This document shows positions 63,220 through 64,000 of a DNA stretch of 64,000 nucleotides, in pieces (position 1 is the stretch's first letter; every line of letters starts with the position of its first letter). The notes under the pieces are model-generated. The model was not told where the DNA came from. It saw nothing but the letters and a program-made list of their open reading frames with translations, and did not search any database. The stretch covers positions 160,618 through 224,617 of IMG/VR virus record IMGVR_UViG_3300048854_000232. One strand, written 5' to 3'. Made by a program: the position numbers and the translations under genes. Source of the DNA: a virus.

Positions 63220-64000
63220 TTAACTGCAGGCCTCACAGGCTTCCGGGTTCTCCAGCGAGCAGAACACGGCCTCTTCGGCGGTGTACTCCTTGACCGGCTC
63301 GGCAGCCACCGGCGCAACCACAGCTTCCGTGGCCGAGACCGTCGTCTTGGCAATACGGGTCGCCGGACGGCTACGCAGGTAATAGGTCGTCTTGACCCCT
63401 TCCTTCCAGGCGTACATGTACATCGAGGAGAGCTGCCCGTAGTTCGGGTTCTCCATGAACAGGTTGAGCGACTGGGACTGATCGATGAACGCACCACGGC
63501 CGACGGCCAGATCGACCAGGACCTTCTGCGACAGTTCCCACACGGTACGGTAGCGCAGACGCACTTCAGCCGGGATGGCCTCGATGCCCTGGACCGAACC
63601 TTCGGCCAGCTTGATCTGATCGCGGATTTCCTGCGTCCACAGGCCCAGCGACTTCAGCTCATTGACCAGGTAGCGGTTGATCACCAGGAAGTCACCCGAG
63701 AGCGTCTCGCGCTTGAACAGATTCGACACCTGCGGCTCGATGCACTCGTAGCAGCCCACGATCGAGGCAATCGTCGCCGTCGGCGCGATGGCGATCATGA
63801 GCGAGTTACGCAGACCGGAGTCCTTGATCGTGGCACGCAGCGCGTTCCAGTCGTCTTCGGCGATCGTGCGGACCGACTTGGGCCAATGATCGAACTGCAG
63901 GTCGCCCTGGGCAGCGCGGGTATCGGCGAAGTTCGGATGCGGACCTTCGACCACAGCCAGCTCGTTGGAGGTCTTCAGCGCGTGGAAGTAGATGTTCTCC
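63220..64000 (-). CDS. nrdA: Ribonucleotide reductase class I alpha subunit (5'-truncated)
   Basis: GLRNSLMIAIAPTATIASI, IEP, FIDQSQSLN, KTTYYLRS and C-terminal CEACS; the frame is open to the window edge. Confidence 0.96.
   Translation of the reverse strand, partial: ENIYFHALKTSNELAVVEGPHPNFADTRAAQGDLQFDHWPKSVRTIAEDDWNALRATIKDSGLRNSLMIAIAPTATIASIVGCYECIEPQVSNLFKRETLSGDFLVINRYLVNELKSLGLWTQEIRDQIKLAEGSVQGIEAIPAEVRLRYRTVWELSQKVLVDLAVGRGAFIDQSQSLNLFMENPNYGQLSSMYMYAWKEGVKTTYYLRSRPATRIAKTTVSATEAVVAPVAAEPVKEYTAEEAVFCSLENPEACEACS

Overview
A gene-dense, GC-rich 64-kb segment of a lytic jumbo phage of the phiKZ-like group. This assignment is inferred from internal head proteins with S-x-E prohead-protease sites, TATG late-promoter motifs and a conserved virion gene block; no chimallin gene lies in the window. 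ThyA, SspB and NrdB resemble Xanthomonadales proteins, which suggests that host order. The window contains: a cluster of internal head protein paralogues; two Tad1-like paralogues; conserved virion genes; nucleotide metabolism genes (tmk, thyA, nrdA/nrdB, a MazG-like pyrophosphatase, DHH and histidine phosphatases); two free-standing HNH endonucleases; an SF2 helicase; a modular tail-fibre family; spanins; SspB; a YadA-type autotransporter; and many small early or secreted proteins. The most notable observations are: (1) a roughly 760-nt, densely base-paired, end-closed candidate RNA with a long-range pseudoknot, lying between its own promoter-like motif and terminator (49668-50426); (2) a head polyprotein carrying SMI1/KNR4 and Hva1-Tudor cargo domains bounded by protease sites; (3) divergent tandem Tad1-like sponges; (4) a set of host-surface genes (YadA, a split LapG-like protease, a secreted Gly/Ser-rich pair); (5) a window-wide hairpin+TATGCC terminator signature. 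All family assignments come from motif recognition and all RNA pairings were found by eye; no searches or folding programs were run.
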